This document shows, one piece after another, positions 44,233 through 54,732 of a stretch of DNA of 64,000 nucleotides (the stretch's first letter is position 1; every line of letters begins with the position of its first letter). Made by a program: the position numbers and the translations under genes. The notes beneath the pieces were generated by a model. That model saw only the letters and a list, made by a program, of their open reading frames with translations, made no database searches and had not been told where the DNA came from. The stretch spans positions 1,219,099 through 1,283,098 of the forward strand of contig JBNOKO010000001.1 of the NCBI GenBank assembly GCA_050311575.1, read 5' to 3'. The stretch comes from Candidatus Krakonobacterium acarorum (GTDB taxonomy: Bacteria > Bacteroidota > Bacteroidia > SolTP2).

Positions 44233-45813
44233 TTAAATCTTTGGCTTTAATACTATATAGGGTATTATAACTTCTTCAAGGGATATGCCTCCATGCTGAA
44301 AGGTATTATAATAATAGTTTGAATAATGGTTATAATTATTTTGATAAATAAAATAATCACTCTCTTTGGCAAAAATAAAACTTGAAGACATATAATGCAT
44401 AGGTATTTTAATGTTGTTCGAATTTTCAATTAAGAAAACTTTATTAGGATCAAAAGCCATATGCTTGCCTTCTTTAAATCTTAAATTCAAAGTTGTAGTT
44501 TTGTCGCCAATTATTTTTAGAGGCTTCTTTACTTGTATAGATCCATGATCTGTAGTTATAGCTATTTTACAGTCACTATTTTTAAGTATTTTCAATAATT
44601 CAAATAATCCTGAATTTTCGAACCAAGAGATAACCAATGATCGATAAGAGGTGGTATCGCTGGCCAATTCTTTAACTATTTCCGTATCAGTACTATAATG
44701 CGACATTATATCTATAAAGTTACAAATAATAACGTTTAAATCGCCAGATAGCAATTGCTGATAATTATTAACTAATTTTTTTTCTTCAGCATGCTTAGAT
44801 ATTTTATTATATGTTGTAGTTATTGATCCCAAACCTTCACGTTTTAGCTGCATTTTTAATAGTTCTGCCTCGTTCAAATTTCTACTACCTTTAGCATTTT
44901 CATCACAATGCCATAAAGACGGATATTTATTCTGGATATCTAAAGGCATTAGTCCGGCGAACAAAGCATTTCGTGCATACTGCGTAGTAGTAGGTATTAT
45001 ACTACAATAAACATCATTAGTAATAATTCTAAAATCTTGAGATATAATAGTTTGTAATGCCAGCCATTGGTCATATCTTAAGTTATCAATAATGATCAGA
45101 TGCAATGGCTTGTCATCATCACTAAGTAATGGAAACACTTTATCGCGCATTAAAGTATGCGATAAAGTTGGAGTATTAGACGAATCTTTCCCTTGGATCC
45201 AATTAACGTAATTATTTTCAAAAAATTTACAAAATTGGATGTTTGCTTCTGATTTTTGCCTAAGCAAAATCTCGTGCATGCTATTGTCATAGATATTTGT
45301 TAATTCTACATCCCACTTACATAGCTTTTTATAAAGTTTAACCCAGTCTTCCCATGTTATAGCGTTATCTAGATCCATACTTAGACTCCTAAACTCTTGC
45401 TGATAGCTTAAATTAGTTTTTTTATTTACCAATTTGTTATAATCAAGAGTTTTTTTAATAGCTAGCAATACTTGGTTCGGATGGACTGGCTTTATTAAAA
45501 AATCATTTGCTTTATTACCTATTGCATCTTCCATTAAACTCTCTTTATCGCTTTTAGTTATAAAGACGATGGGCAATTCCGGCTTTATCTCTCTTATCCT
45601 CTCTAATGTCTCTAATCCACTTAATCCAGGCATATTTTCATCTAGAAATACAAGATCTATTTCCTGAGCTTGTATTATATCTATGGCACTAGCACCACTG
45701 TTTGTAGTTTCTAACTTATAACCTTTATTAGTTAAAAAAATGATATGTGATTTAAGCAGGTCTATTTCGTCATCAACCCATAGAATGGTTGGATTTGCTA
45801 CCCTTTGTTCCAT
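44233..45813 (-). CDS. porX: T9SS response regulator PorX (receiver plus PglZ domain)
   Basis: ILWVDDE, FLDENMPG, IDNLRYDQW, PTTTQYARN, TTDHG, TFQHGGISLEE. Confidence 0.92.
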   Translation of the reverse strand: MEQRVANPTILWVDDEIDLLKSHIIFLTNKGYKLETTNSGASAIDIIQAQEIDLVFLDENMPGLSGLETLERIREIKPELPIVFITKSDKESLMEDAIGNKANDFLIKPVHPNQVLLAIKKTLDYNKLVNKKTNLSYQQEFRSLSMDLDNAITWEDWVKLYKKLCKWDVELTNIYDNSMHEILLRQKSEANIQFCKFFENNYVNWIQGKDSSNTPTLSHTLMRDKVFPLLSDDDKPLHLIIIDNLRYDQWLALQTIISQDFRIITNDVYCSIIPTTTQYARNALFAGLMPLDIQNKYPSLWHCDENAKGSRNLNEAELLKMQLKREGLGSITTTYNKISKHAEEKKLVNNYQQLLSGDLNVIICNFIDIMSHYSTDTEIVKELASDTTSYRSLVISWFENSGLFELLKILKNSDCKIAITTDHGSIQVKKPLKIIGDKTTTLNLRFKEGKHMAFDPNKVFLIENSNNIKIPMHYMSSSFIFAKESDYFIYQNNYNHYSNYYYNTFQHGGISLEEVIIPYIVLKPKI

Positions 45814-45919
45814 AATTTATTATTTCCAACATATTTAACAAAAACAATTTAGTAACCAATATATAAAATATAAAATTGGATTTTTTATATAATAATTTTT
45901 ATTACTACATTATATTGCT

Positions 45920-47149
45920 ATGTCACAATTTTTAGAAACTAACCTGATTAACGACCCTGTGTACGGGTTCGTAGATTTAAAATATAAATTAATAAATACG
46001 CTAATATCGCATCCATATTTTCAAAGGTTACGATTTATTAAGCAGTTGTCACTAGCCCAGTTAGTGTACCCGGGAGCCACGCATACCCGCTTTCAGCATT
46101 CAATTGGTGCAATGCATTTGATGCATAAATCTTTAAATGTATTAATACAAAAAGGGCATGCCATAAGCGATAGCGAATTTAAAGCAGCAATGGTAGCCAT
46201 ACTTCTACACGATATTGGCCACGGCCCATATTCGCACTCTTTTGAATATGGTTTTATAAAAAAATTTAACCATGAAAAAGTTACACTTAGGATATTCAAA
46301 AAACTGAATGAAATATTAGGTCAGGACCTTGATTTAGCTCTAAAAATATTCGAAAATAAATATTCAAAAAAATTCTTCCATAGTTTAATATCTAGTCAAC
46401 TGGATTTAGATCGCATGGATTATCTAAACAGAGATAGTTTTTTTACAGGTGTAGCAGATGGTATAATACCATTTGAAAGAATAATAGCTACACTTAATTT
46501 ATATAAAAACGAAATAGTTATTGAAGAGAAAGGAATATATAGCATAGAAAACTTTATAATAGCTAGACGGTTAATGTACTGGCAGGTATATTTACATAAA
46601 GCAGTTGTTGCAGCTGAAACATTGCTTATAAATATTCTACAACGAGCAAAAGAGCTGGCTTTGGATAAAAATCCTATATTCTGTCTACCCTATTTGCAAC
46701 CATTGCTTTTTAATGACATTGACTGTGATAGCCTGGTTACAAATGATGAATATTTAGATTTATTTCTACGAATAGATGATGCCGATATATTTATCTGTAT
46801 AAAGAATTGGCAAGATGACAAGGACTTTACACTATCTTATTTAAGCAAAATGTTATTAAATAGGAATCTATATAAAATATTGCTTCAAAATAAGCCATTC
46901 AGTATAGATTATATAGAAAAAGCCCAAAAAGAAGTTTTAAAGCATCCCAAAATAACCGATAAAACCTTAAAATACTTTATTAATACAGGTAAACTACAAA
47001 ATAATCTCTATAATTTTAACAGAAAAGATAAAATTTCTATTCTTACAGGCAACAAAATAGCTAATTTTAGTGATTATCCATCAGTGATTATAAATAGCAA
47101 TTTAGCAGTTGAAACTGAAAAATATTACCTATACTCTTATTTTACATAA
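45920..47149 (+). CDS. HD-domain phosphohydrolase (dNTPase-like)
   Basis: NDPVYG, FQRLR.IKQL, HTRFQHS, LLHDIGHGPYSH, DRMDYL.RD, MYWQVYLHK; divergent from porX. Confidence 0.92.
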   Translation: MSQFLETNLINDPVYGFVDLKYKLINTLISHPYFQRLRFIKQLSLAQLVYPGATHTRFQHSIGAMHLMHKSLNVLIQKGHAISDSEFKAAMVAILLHDIGHGPYSHSFEYGFIKKFNHEKVTLRIFKKLNEILGQDLDLALKIFENKYSKKFFHSLISSQLDLDRMDYLNRDSFFTGVADGIIPFERIIATLNLYKNEIVIEEKGIYSIENFIIARRLMYWQVYLHKAVVAAETLLINILQRAKELALDKNPIFCLPYLQPLLFNDIDCDSLVTNDEYLDLFLRIDDADIFICIKNWQDDKDFTLSYLSKMLLNRNLYKILLQNKPFSIDYIEKAQKEVLKHPKITDKTLKYFINTGKLQNNLYNFNRKDKISILTGNKIANFSDYPSVIINSNLAVETEKYYLYSYFT

Positions 47150-47246
47150 CGCTATTTTTACACAAAAATTACTTTTTTAACGAAGTTATCGCAACTATAT
47201 TTATTTGCTATCAGTATAAATAAATAACTAATAAGAAATAAATATT

Positions 47247-47780
47247 ATGAATTTGCGACGTATTTTGGCTGTATGTATATTAATTTTAGCTTTATTTATC
47301 ACTTCTGGAGGATGTAAACAAGATAACAAACCTAAAAATGAAAAAGAGAAACTTCAAGACTTTCTTATAGGTTCTTGGACTCTGGATATCCCATCAAATA
47401 AAGATAGTGATAGTACAATAATATATAATTTTAGGAAGGAAAACCTATTAATAGTTACTGTATTAACAAACGAAAATATTAATAAAGAAGAATATTTTAT
47501 ACCTATAAGCTATAATTATAAAGAATATTTGAATAACCCCAAAAAATCAGACGAAGAAATAGAAGTGGGTTCTTGGCGAATCCTTAACGACCGATCATTA
47601 ATAATTAGTCATTTAAACCAGCTAACACAACATTTAAATATAAAAACTGCTAAAATAGTAAGTTATGACAAGTCCTCCCTAAAATTAGAAGAGACTGCCT
47701 ATATAGAGGAGACTGACGATCAAGGTATAACTAAGATAGTCCCCAAAACGTACTCTATTACACTTAAAAGGATCCTTTAA
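47247..47780 (+). CDS. Lipoprotein, lipocalin-like
   Basis: Lipobox SGGC; LIGSW motif; terminal beta strand ITLKR. Confidence 0.6.
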   Translation: MNLRRILAVCILILALFITSGGCKQDNKPKNEKEKLQDFLIGSWTLDIPSNKDSDSTIIYNFRKENLLIVTVLTNENINKEEYFIPISYNYKEYLNNPKKSDEEIEVGSWRILNDRSLIISHLNQLTQHLNIKTAKIVSYDKSSLKLEETAYIEETDDQGITKIVPKTYSITLKRIL

Positions 47781-48056
47781 TCCATAAATACATATGTTAA
47801 ATTTTTTTATAGCAAAAATAATTTTCTTTTTATGGTTTATAACTTTTATGGTTTTATTTTTTGTATTTATATAAATAAGTCTATTGAAATAAGCTTATAT
47901 GCTACAAAGGGAAGTTATCTAAAGTAGAGAGATATCATATTTTTAGATATTGGCTTTACAATTAGAATGTTGAGATAATAGCAGCGAACCATAAATTTTA
48001 TTCTATAATAAAGACTTGAGACCTTATATAACCATTTGGGTTATGGTAGTAAAAAG

Positions 48057-48128
48057 TGGTCTTGACAGGAATCGAACCTGTATCAAAAGTTTAGGAAACT
48101 TCTATTCTATCCGTTGAACTACAAGACC
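48057..48128 (-). tRNA. tRNA-Arg (CCT)
   Basis: GGTCTTGTAGTTCAACGGATAGAATA GAAGT TT CCT AA ACTTT...GGTTCGATTCC...CAAGACCA. Confidence 0.95.
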
Positions 48129-48142
48129 TTTAAACGCACAAA

Positions 48143-48337
48143 CTAATTTTTTTTATATATATCTAATACTTTAAATACACCTGCGAAAAATAGTATTACA
48201 CCTATAACAAACACTATGTTTGAAACTGTCGATATAATAATATTACCACCAACAAATCTAATAATAGATCCTAAAAAAGTAACTACCAGCCCCGCATATC
48301 CAATAACAAAAGGTTTTACAGGAAGATCATCTTTCAT
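48143..48337 (-). CDS. Small membrane protein (two TM), hypothetical
   Basis: 64-aa ORF with ATG start and two hydrophobic helices. Confidence 0.55.
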   Translation of the reverse strand: MKDDLPVKPFVIGYAGLVVTFLGSIIRFVGGNIIISTVSNIVFVIGVILFFAGVFKVLDIYKKN

Positions 48338-48424
48338 GATTAAAACAAATAAAGTAAATGGATTATAAATGTTAAATTTAAATAAATTAATAAAGATTTT
48401 CTTAGATTAATCTAAAAATTTATA

Positions 48425-49057
48425 ATGAACTCTATAATATCGTGCATAATCAACACATATATAACTACACATACAGATCCCCAAGATAAACTATTACAAG
48501 AAATTGAAAAGGAAGCAAAAGACATAGGTTTACATTATCCAATGGCCTCTGGACATTTACAAGGTAACTTGCTCCAAATATTAAGTACAATTGCTAAGCC
48601 AAAGAAAGCTTTAGAAATAGGAACCTTTATTGGCTACTCAACTATATGCATCGCTAAAGGCTTAGCTGACAAAGGCTCTTTAGTTTCTATAGACAACAAT
48701 TTAAACCATATTAACTTCGCTAAAAAATTTATACAAAAGACCAATTATAATATCCAATTAATTTGTCAGGATGCTAAAGAATTTTTACAAAATTTAGATT
48801 TTGAACCAGATTTTGTTTTTATAGATGCAAACAAGAAAAGTAATTTATTGTACTATAAATTAGTTATTGATAAACTTCAGCCCAGTGGGGTTATAATAAT
48901 AGATAATGTTTTAAACAAAGGCCTGGTTACAGAAAATGGTAGTAACAGTATAAACAAATCTTTTATAGAATTAAATGATTTCATTGCTAAAGATGAGAAA
49001 GTATTAAAGATAATATTACCTGTCCGCGATGGTCTATTATTAATAGTAAAGAAATAG
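48425..49057 (+). CDS. SAM-dependent O-methyltransferase (caffeoyl-CoA OMT/TrmR-like)
   Basis: MASGHLQG, LEIGTFIGYS, FIDANK, IIDNVL, LPVRDG. Confidence 0.9.
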   Translation: MNSIISCIINTYITTHTDPQDKLLQEIEKEAKDIGLHYPMASGHLQGNLLQILSTIAKPKKALEIGTFIGYSTICIAKGLADKGSLVSIDNNLNHINFAKKFIQKTNYNIQLICQDAKEFLQNLDFEPDFVFIDANKKSNLLYYKLVIDKLQPSGVIIIDNVLNKGLVTENGSNSINKSFIELNDFIAKDEKVLKIILPVRDGLLLIVKK

Positions 49058-49429
49058 AAAGGTTATTTTAACTAACCGGCGAACCTGCTACTAACCCTTA
49101 TTTAGCAAGAATAAAATATACCTATTTAGTGCTATGTACTCATATATGTACATAAGTAATGCTAATTAAACACCTGTTTATCTACATATTACTATACAAT
49201 CTTATGTTATTATACGCATAATGAAGCCATAATAATACACTCTTGGACTTTAATTTTAAGGGTATATATTGTTAAGAGATTAGATTTAGAGCTACTAGTT
49301 TATACAGGTAAGGTTTATTAAATGTTGGCACTCGGTTTGTTAACTACTAATCAAACTAAATTAGTCAGTTTGATTAATACTTAAGTTAATTAAAATTTAG
49401 AATTGATTAATATTTAAATTATAAATGTC

Positions 49430-49636
49430 ATGAAAAACAAATTTCTTTTATTAGCTGCAGCTGGAATATTATCAAGCTCAGTAGTATTTGCCAGCAATCA
49501 AGTTCCTGCAAATCATAATAATGATCATAGTACTTCGCAAGCATCTGTTAAAGAACATAAAGCTTCAAATAAAAAAGTTTCTAAAAAAGCAGGCAAGCAT
49601 GCAAATCATAAAAAAAACAAACAAACAAATAAATAA
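49430..49636 (+). CDS. Small secreted His/Lys-rich protein
   Basis: Sec signal MKNKFLLLAAAGILSSSVVFA followed by a basic low-complexity tail. Confidence 0.7.
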   Translation: MKNKFLLLAAAGILSSSVVFASNQVPANHNNDHSTSQASVKEHKASNKKVSKKAGKHANHKKNKQTNK

Positions 49637-49684
49637 ATTTCATACGTCTTAATTAAAGACACCGATTATGTTAAGTATTAATCG

Positions 49685-49741
49685 AAAGATATGGGGGTCC
49701 GGGTTGTAAAAGTATTTCGCAACCCGGACCCCCATATCTTT
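49685..49741. terminator. Strong GC-rich hairpin, likely a bidirectional terminator
   Basis: aaagatatgggggtccgggttg ... caacccggacccccatatcttt between convergent genes. Confidence 0.8.
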
Positions 49742-49747
49742 TATAGA

Positions 49748-50824
49748 CTATATAATAGTCTTTTCATATTGGGACATTGCATCAACCAGATGCTTAACTG
49801 ATTCATATGATACTGCATTGTATAATGCAACCCTGAAACCTTTAACGCTTCTATGTCCTTGTATACCTACACAATTACATCTGTTAGCAAAATCTATAAA
49901 ATCTTGCTCTGAGATTTTACCTTTTATATTAAATACTATATTAGTTGTAGAACGATCATTTTTATCTACATCATTAAAAAATATATTACTATTATCTATG
50001 TATTTGTATAGGTAGGTCGCTTTTTTTAAGTTATCGTCCTGGAAAAACTTTATTCCGCCTTTCTTCTCGATCCAATTAAGCATTAAATAAGCTACATAAA
50101 TAGGGAAGATTGGTGGAGTATTGTATATAGATGCTGAAGATATGTGAGTTTTAAAATTTAACATATCTAAAGTACAACGCTTAACTTGGAATTTATCTAA
50201 GAAATTTTTATTAATGATAACCACTGCCGCCCCTGCTACACCCAAATTCTTTTGTAATGATGCATAAACTAACTTAAACTGGTTTATATTTATCTGCTTA
50301 GTTAATAGATCAGATGTCATATCAGCAACTATAGGAACTCTGGTTTCTGGGTAGTGGTGCCAGGCAGTGCCATAAACGCTATTGTTTGAACATAAATAAA
50401 GGTATTTATAATCCTTATCTTCCAAATTAAAATTTTTAGGTATATACTTATAGTTGCTATCTTTTGAAGAAGCAATTACCATAGCATTACCAAATTGCTT
50501 AGCTTGCAAGATGGCCTTTTGAGACCATAAACCTGTATCTATAAAGGCTGCATATTCCTTGGCATCTAAAAAATTATAAGGTATCATCAGGAATTGCAAA
50601 CTCGCACCACCATGTAAAAACAACACTTCGTAATCATCACTTATTGCTAATAATCGTTTTAGTGTGTGTTTAGCATTTTCTAAAATATGTATAAACTCTG
50701 CTGATCTATGGTAAGTTTCAAGTATAGACAATTTAGAATCTTTAAAGTTGTTTATACCACATATTATATCGTTTATAACTTCCTGTGGTAAGGCTGCTGG
50801 TCCGGAAGCAAAGTTATATTTCAT
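49748..50824 (-). CDS. serC: Phosphoserine aminotransferase
   Basis: YNFASGPA, HRS, GGASLQF, DMTSD, QKNLG, NTPP, GHRSV. Confidence 0.95.
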   Translation of the reverse strand: MKYNFASGPAALPQEVINDIICGINNFKDSKLSILETYHRSAEFIHILENAKHTLKRLLAISDDYEVLFLHGGASLQFLMIPYNFLDAKEYAAFIDTGLWSQKAILQAKQFGNAMVIASSKDSNYKYIPKNFNLEDKDYKYLYLCSNNSVYGTAWHHYPETRVPIVADMTSDLLTKQININQFKLVYASLQKNLGVAGAAVVIINKNFLDKFQVKRCTLDMLNFKTHISSASIYNTPPIFPIYVAYLMLNWIEKKGGIKFFQDDNLKKATYLYKYIDNSNIFFNDVDKNDRSTTNIVFNIKGKISEQDFIDFANRCNCVGIQGHRSVKGFRVALYNAVSYESVKHLVDAMSQYEKTII

Positions 50825-50961
50825 AAGAATAATCAGGTAAATAAATATAGCTAAATATATAAAATGCGCCTGTACTAAAAAATATTTGTATGCTCATTTC
50901 ATAATTTAATTAATTCATAGATTCATTAATTTTAGATATATTTATATAAAAATCGCTAATT

Positions 50962-51035
50962 GGACCCGTAGCTTAATTGGATAGAGCATCTGACTACGGA
51001 TCAGAAGGTTGGGGGTTCGACTCCCTCCGGGTTCA
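50962..51035 (+). tRNA. tRNA-Arg (ACG)
   Basis: GGACCCGTAGCTTAATTGGATAGAGCA TCTGA CT ACG GA TCAGA...GGTTCGACTCC...CGGGTTCA. Confidence 0.96.
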
Positions 51036-51074
51036 CATATACTTATTTCTTTACTTAACATACTTTTCAGCCTT

Positions 51075-51662
51075 ATGACGTTAAATATGGTATTATTTGG
51101 TCCGCCAGGTTCTGGTAAAGGCACTCAGGCAGCAAAAATTGCTGAAAAATACAATATGACCCAAATATCTACAGGGAATTTATTAAGAGAAGAAATCACG
51201 AATAAAACTAAACTTGGATTAGAAGTTAAGAATCTAGTTCACCAAGGATCTTTGGTACCAGACGATATTATCATAAATATAATTAGCAAGCATATAAGTC
51301 ATAATCTAAAAAACAATATAGGGCATATTTTCGATGGCTTCCCACGCACTATAGAACAAGCTAAACAGTTAGATCAATTATTAAGCGAATGCAATTCTAG
51401 CATATCTGTTGTTGTATCATTAATCGTCAGCGATAACGATATTAAAAAAAGATTAATTAACAGGGGTAAAGAGCTTAATAGAAAGGACGATGCTTCTATA
51501 GAAATTATAGATAATCGTATAAAGGAATACTACAGTAAAACCTTACAGGTAAGTAAATTTTATAAAAATCAAGGAAAATTATTTGAAATCAATGGTAATG
51601 ACAATATAGATGCTGTATTTAACAACGTAGTTAACATTATTAATCAGAAATATGAAGATTAA
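51075..51662 (+). CDS. adk: Adenylate kinase (short LID type)
   Basis: GPPGSGKGTQA, ISTG.LLR, DGFPRT, R.DD; ATG at 51075, because the ORF-track start overlaps the tRNA. Confidence 0.95.
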   Translation: MTLNMVLFGPPGSGKGTQAAKIAEKYNMTQISTGNLLREEITNKTKLGLEVKNLVHQGSLVPDDIIINIISKHISHNLKNNIGHIFDGFPRTIEQAKQLDQLLSECNSSISVVVSLIVSDNDIKKRLINRGKELNRKDDASIEIIDNRIKEYYSKTLQVSKFYKNQGKLFEINGNDNIDAVFNNVVNIINQKYED

Positions 51663-53376
51663 ACTATCTCTATCCTACATTAAGTTTATTGTTTTAATAT
51701 TAGGAATATTATGTATATCTAATACTGATATTAACGCTCAAGGTAAGGATAAACTTAAAAATTGGCACCATTTAGATTATAATAAAGATAAAATCCATGG
51801 GGTAAGTACCTACCAGGCCTATGATTTTCTTAAAAAGAAAAAATCTGTACCAGTAGTGGTTGCCATAATAGACTCTGGTGTAGATATTGAGCATCCTGCT
51901 TTAAACAACGTTATTTGGGTTAACAAAAACGAAATTCCTAACAATATAGATAGCGATAATAACGGCTACATAGATGATATAAATGGTTGGAATTTTATCG
52001 GCGGTAAAGATGGTCTGAATGTTTTATATGATAATTTAGAAATAACAAGAGACTATCGGCAATTAAAAACAATTTTTGGTTCCATAACGCCTACAGACAG
52101 TACGAAGTTGGATCCTAGATACAAAGAATATTTAAATATTAAAAGTGAATACGACAAAGTTTTATTGGATGCTCAAAGCAAATATTTCACTTTTACGAAT
52201 ATTTTCCAAGGCATAAAACTATTAAATAAATTATTACAGGGGTCGCTTAATAAAGAATCTATATTAATTAACGATATTACGCAAGAGAATCTAAACAATA
52301 CGATAATCGCCTCTAATAAGGATATATTATCTAACCTATTACTTTTTAAGGAGCTACTTATCAAAGATAATTATTCATCTTTAAACGAATTCATTAGCGA
52401 ATTACAAGAAGCAATAGATGCTTATGACAGCAAAATTAAATTCGGTCTTAACTTGGACTTTAACCCACGATGCGGAGTTTGTGACAATTACAACGACAAA
52501 GATGAAGCTTTTTATGGAAATAACAACGTAATAGGCCCGGACCCAAGGCACGGTACGCACGTTGCTGGTATAATAGTAGCTCAAGATAGTACAACTACAA
52601 TACAAGGAATAGCAAAGAATGTCCAATTAATGGTTATAAGGGTTGTACCTGACGGCGATGAAAGAGATAAAGATGTCGCTAACGGAATAATATATGCTGT
52701 TAATAACGGAGCTAAAGTCATCAATATGAGCTTTGGCAAGATTTATAGTTCTGACAAGAATGTTGTAGACAAAGCTATCAAATACGCTGAAAAACATGAT
52801 GTTGTAATGGTTCATGCTGCTGGCAACGATAGTAAAAATTTAGATAATCCTAATAATAGACACTACCCTACAGCAATATATTTAGATAAAAATAAATGTA
52901 CTACCTGGTTAGAAGTAGGAGCATCTTCGTGGAAAGACAATCAAAACATTATAGCTCCTTTTAGTAATTATGGGAGCAAAGTGGTTGATGTTCTTGCTCC
53001 AGGTCTGGATATATATTCTTCTATGCCAAATAATAAATACAAATTTAATAGTGGAACCAGTATGGCTGCCCCTGTTGTTGCAGGTATAGCTGCTGTTGTT
53101 CGATCTTATTATCCTAAATTAAAAGCTAAACAAGTGGTTGATATTATTAAAAAATCATCGATTACACTTAAGGTAGATAATATCATTGCACCTGCCAACG
53201 ATGGAATACAAGATGAAAGCAATGCAAATATGAATAAATCCAGTATAAATAAAGTTAATACTGTAACTTTTAAAGAATTATCCAGATATGGTATAGTAAA
53301 TCTATATAATGCAGTAGAATTAGCCGACAAAAATAGTAAGAGAGGCTTTTTTAGAAGGTTATTTTCACGAGATTAA
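51652..53376 (+). CDS. Secreted subtilisin-like S8 serine protease
   Basis: Signal peptide; catalytic triad IIDSG / HGTHVAG / SGTSMAAP; oxyanion HAAGN. Confidence 0.93.
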   Translation: MKIKLSLSYIKFIVLILGILCISNTDINAQGKDKLKNWHHLDYNKDKIHGVSTYQAYDFLKKKKSVPVVVAIIDSGVDIEHPALNNVIWVNKNEIPNNIDSDNNGYIDDINGWNFIGGKDGLNVLYDNLEITRDYRQLKTIFGSITPTDSTKLDPRYKEYLNIKSEYDKVLLDAQSKYFTFTNIFQGIKLLNKLLQGSLNKESILINDITQENLNNTIIASNKDILSNLLLFKELLIKDNYSSLNEFISELQEAIDAYDSKIKFGLNLDFNPRCGVCDNYNDKDEAFYGNNNVIGPDPRHGTHVAGIIVAQDSTTTIQGIAKNVQLMVIRVVPDGDERDKDVANGIIYAVNNGAKVINMSFGKIYSSDKNVVDKAIKYAEKHDVVMVHAAGNDSKNLDNPNNRHYPTAIYLDKNKCTTWLEVGASSWKDNQNIIAPFSNYGSKVVDVLAPGLDIYSSMPNNKYKFNSGTSMAAPVVAGIAAVVRSYYPKLKAKQVVDIIKKSSITLKVDNIIAPANDGIQDESNANMNKSSINKVNTVTFKELSRYGIVNLYNAVELADKNSKRGFFRRLFSRD

Positions 53377-53421
53377 CATACATATAATTGCTCCTAATAG
53401 CATCACTTAAACAATTAAATT

Positions 53422-54675
53422 TTATTTTTTTAAGTGATCTTTAAAAATTTCTGTATAATCCAATTTTTCCCATGTAAAAAGTTCTATTTCACTAATTTGG
53501 CTCATACCATCATTATTATAGAATTCTTTAGTTACAATTTCATTTTTACGCCCCATATGCCCGTAAGCTGCCGTTTCTAAATACATAGGCTGGCGTAATT
53601 TAAGTTTTTTTTCTATAGCAAAAGGTCGTAAATCAAATACATCCTTTACTATTTCTGCTATCTCTCCATCAGTTTTATTGACTTTGGATCTGCCGTATGT
53701 GTTAATATATATACTACAAGGATCAGGCATGCCAATACAATACGATATTTGCACAAGGACTTCATCAATCATACCTGTTGATACAATGTTTTTAGCTATA
53801 TACCTTGCCATATATGATGCTGATCTATCTACTTTAGATGAATCCTTACCAGAGAAAGCCCCTCCACCATGAGACCCTTTACCCCCATATGTATCTACTA
53901 TTATTTTACGCCCTGTAAGACCTGTATCTCCATGTGGACCTCCTATTACAAATTTACCAGTAGGGTTAATAAAATATCTAATATCGTCTGTGAATAGCTT
54001 ACGTAATTTAGGTGTGAGTTTGTCTAGTATACGAGGCACTACTTTATTTTTAATATCATTGCTAATAGTTTTTAGCATAACTGCCTCAGAAGCAAATTCG
54101 TCGTGCTGTGCCGACACAACTATAGAATATATTTTAATAGGTCTATGGTCGTCATCGTATTGGATAGTTACTTGAGCTTTTCCATCAGGTCTTAAATAAG
54201 GCATCAATGAAGTATTTTTCCTTATATCAGCCAATTCTTTAACTATAAAATGCGATAGATATAAAGTTAATGGAATATAGTCTTCTGTGTCATTGCTAGC
54301 GTAACCAAACATTATGCCTTGATCACCTGCACCTTGATCTTCAGGGTTATTTTTTTCTATGCCTTGTTTTATATCTTCAGATTGCTCATGCAAAACAGAT
54401 AATATACCACATGAATTAGCTTCAAATAGGTATTCACTTTTATTGTACCCAATTCTTTTTATTGTATCCCTAGCTATTTTTTGTATATCAAGATACACAT
54501 TGGAACTTACTTCGCCTGCTATTATAACTTGGCCCGTTGTAACCAGAGTTTCACAAGCTACCTTAGATTCAGGATCAAAAAACAAAAAATTATCAACTAA
54601 AGCATCAGAAATTTGATCTGCTATTTTATCTGGATGCCCTTCTGATACAGACTCAGAAGTGAATAAGTAAGGCAT
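53422..54675 (-). CDS. metK: S-adenosylmethionine synthetase
   Basis: FTSESVSEGHPDK, GAGDQG, GGGAFSGKD. Confidence 0.98.
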   Translation of the reverse strand: MPYLFTSESVSEGHPDKIADQISDALVDNFLFFDPESKVACETLVTTGQVIIAGEVSSNVYLDIQKIARDTIKRIGYNKSEYLFEANSCGILSVLHEQSEDIKQGIEKNNPEDQGAGDQGIMFGYASNDTEDYIPLTLYLSHFIVKELADIRKNTSLMPYLRPDGKAQVTIQYDDDHRPIKIYSIVVSAQHDEFASEAVMLKTISNDIKNKVVPRILDKLTPKLRKLFTDDIRYFINPTGKFVIGGPHGDTGLTGRKIIVDTYGGKGSHGGGAFSGKDSSKVDRSASYMARYIAKNIVSTGMIDEVLVQISYCIGMPDPCSIYINTYGRSKVNKTDGEIAEIVKDVFDLRPFAIEKKLKLRQPMYLETAAYGHMGRKNEIVTKEFYNNDGMSQISEIELFTWEKLDYTEIFKDHLKK

Positions 54676-54732
54676 TTATATATATTTTTCTAATTTAATA
54701 AATTAACAATACACCAAGTTAATATTTTTTTA

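Noticed and set aside
50942-51124. Minus-strand 60-aa ORF and the N-terminal extension of adk
   Set aside because: Both overlap tRNA-Arg(ACG); the adk start is at 51075
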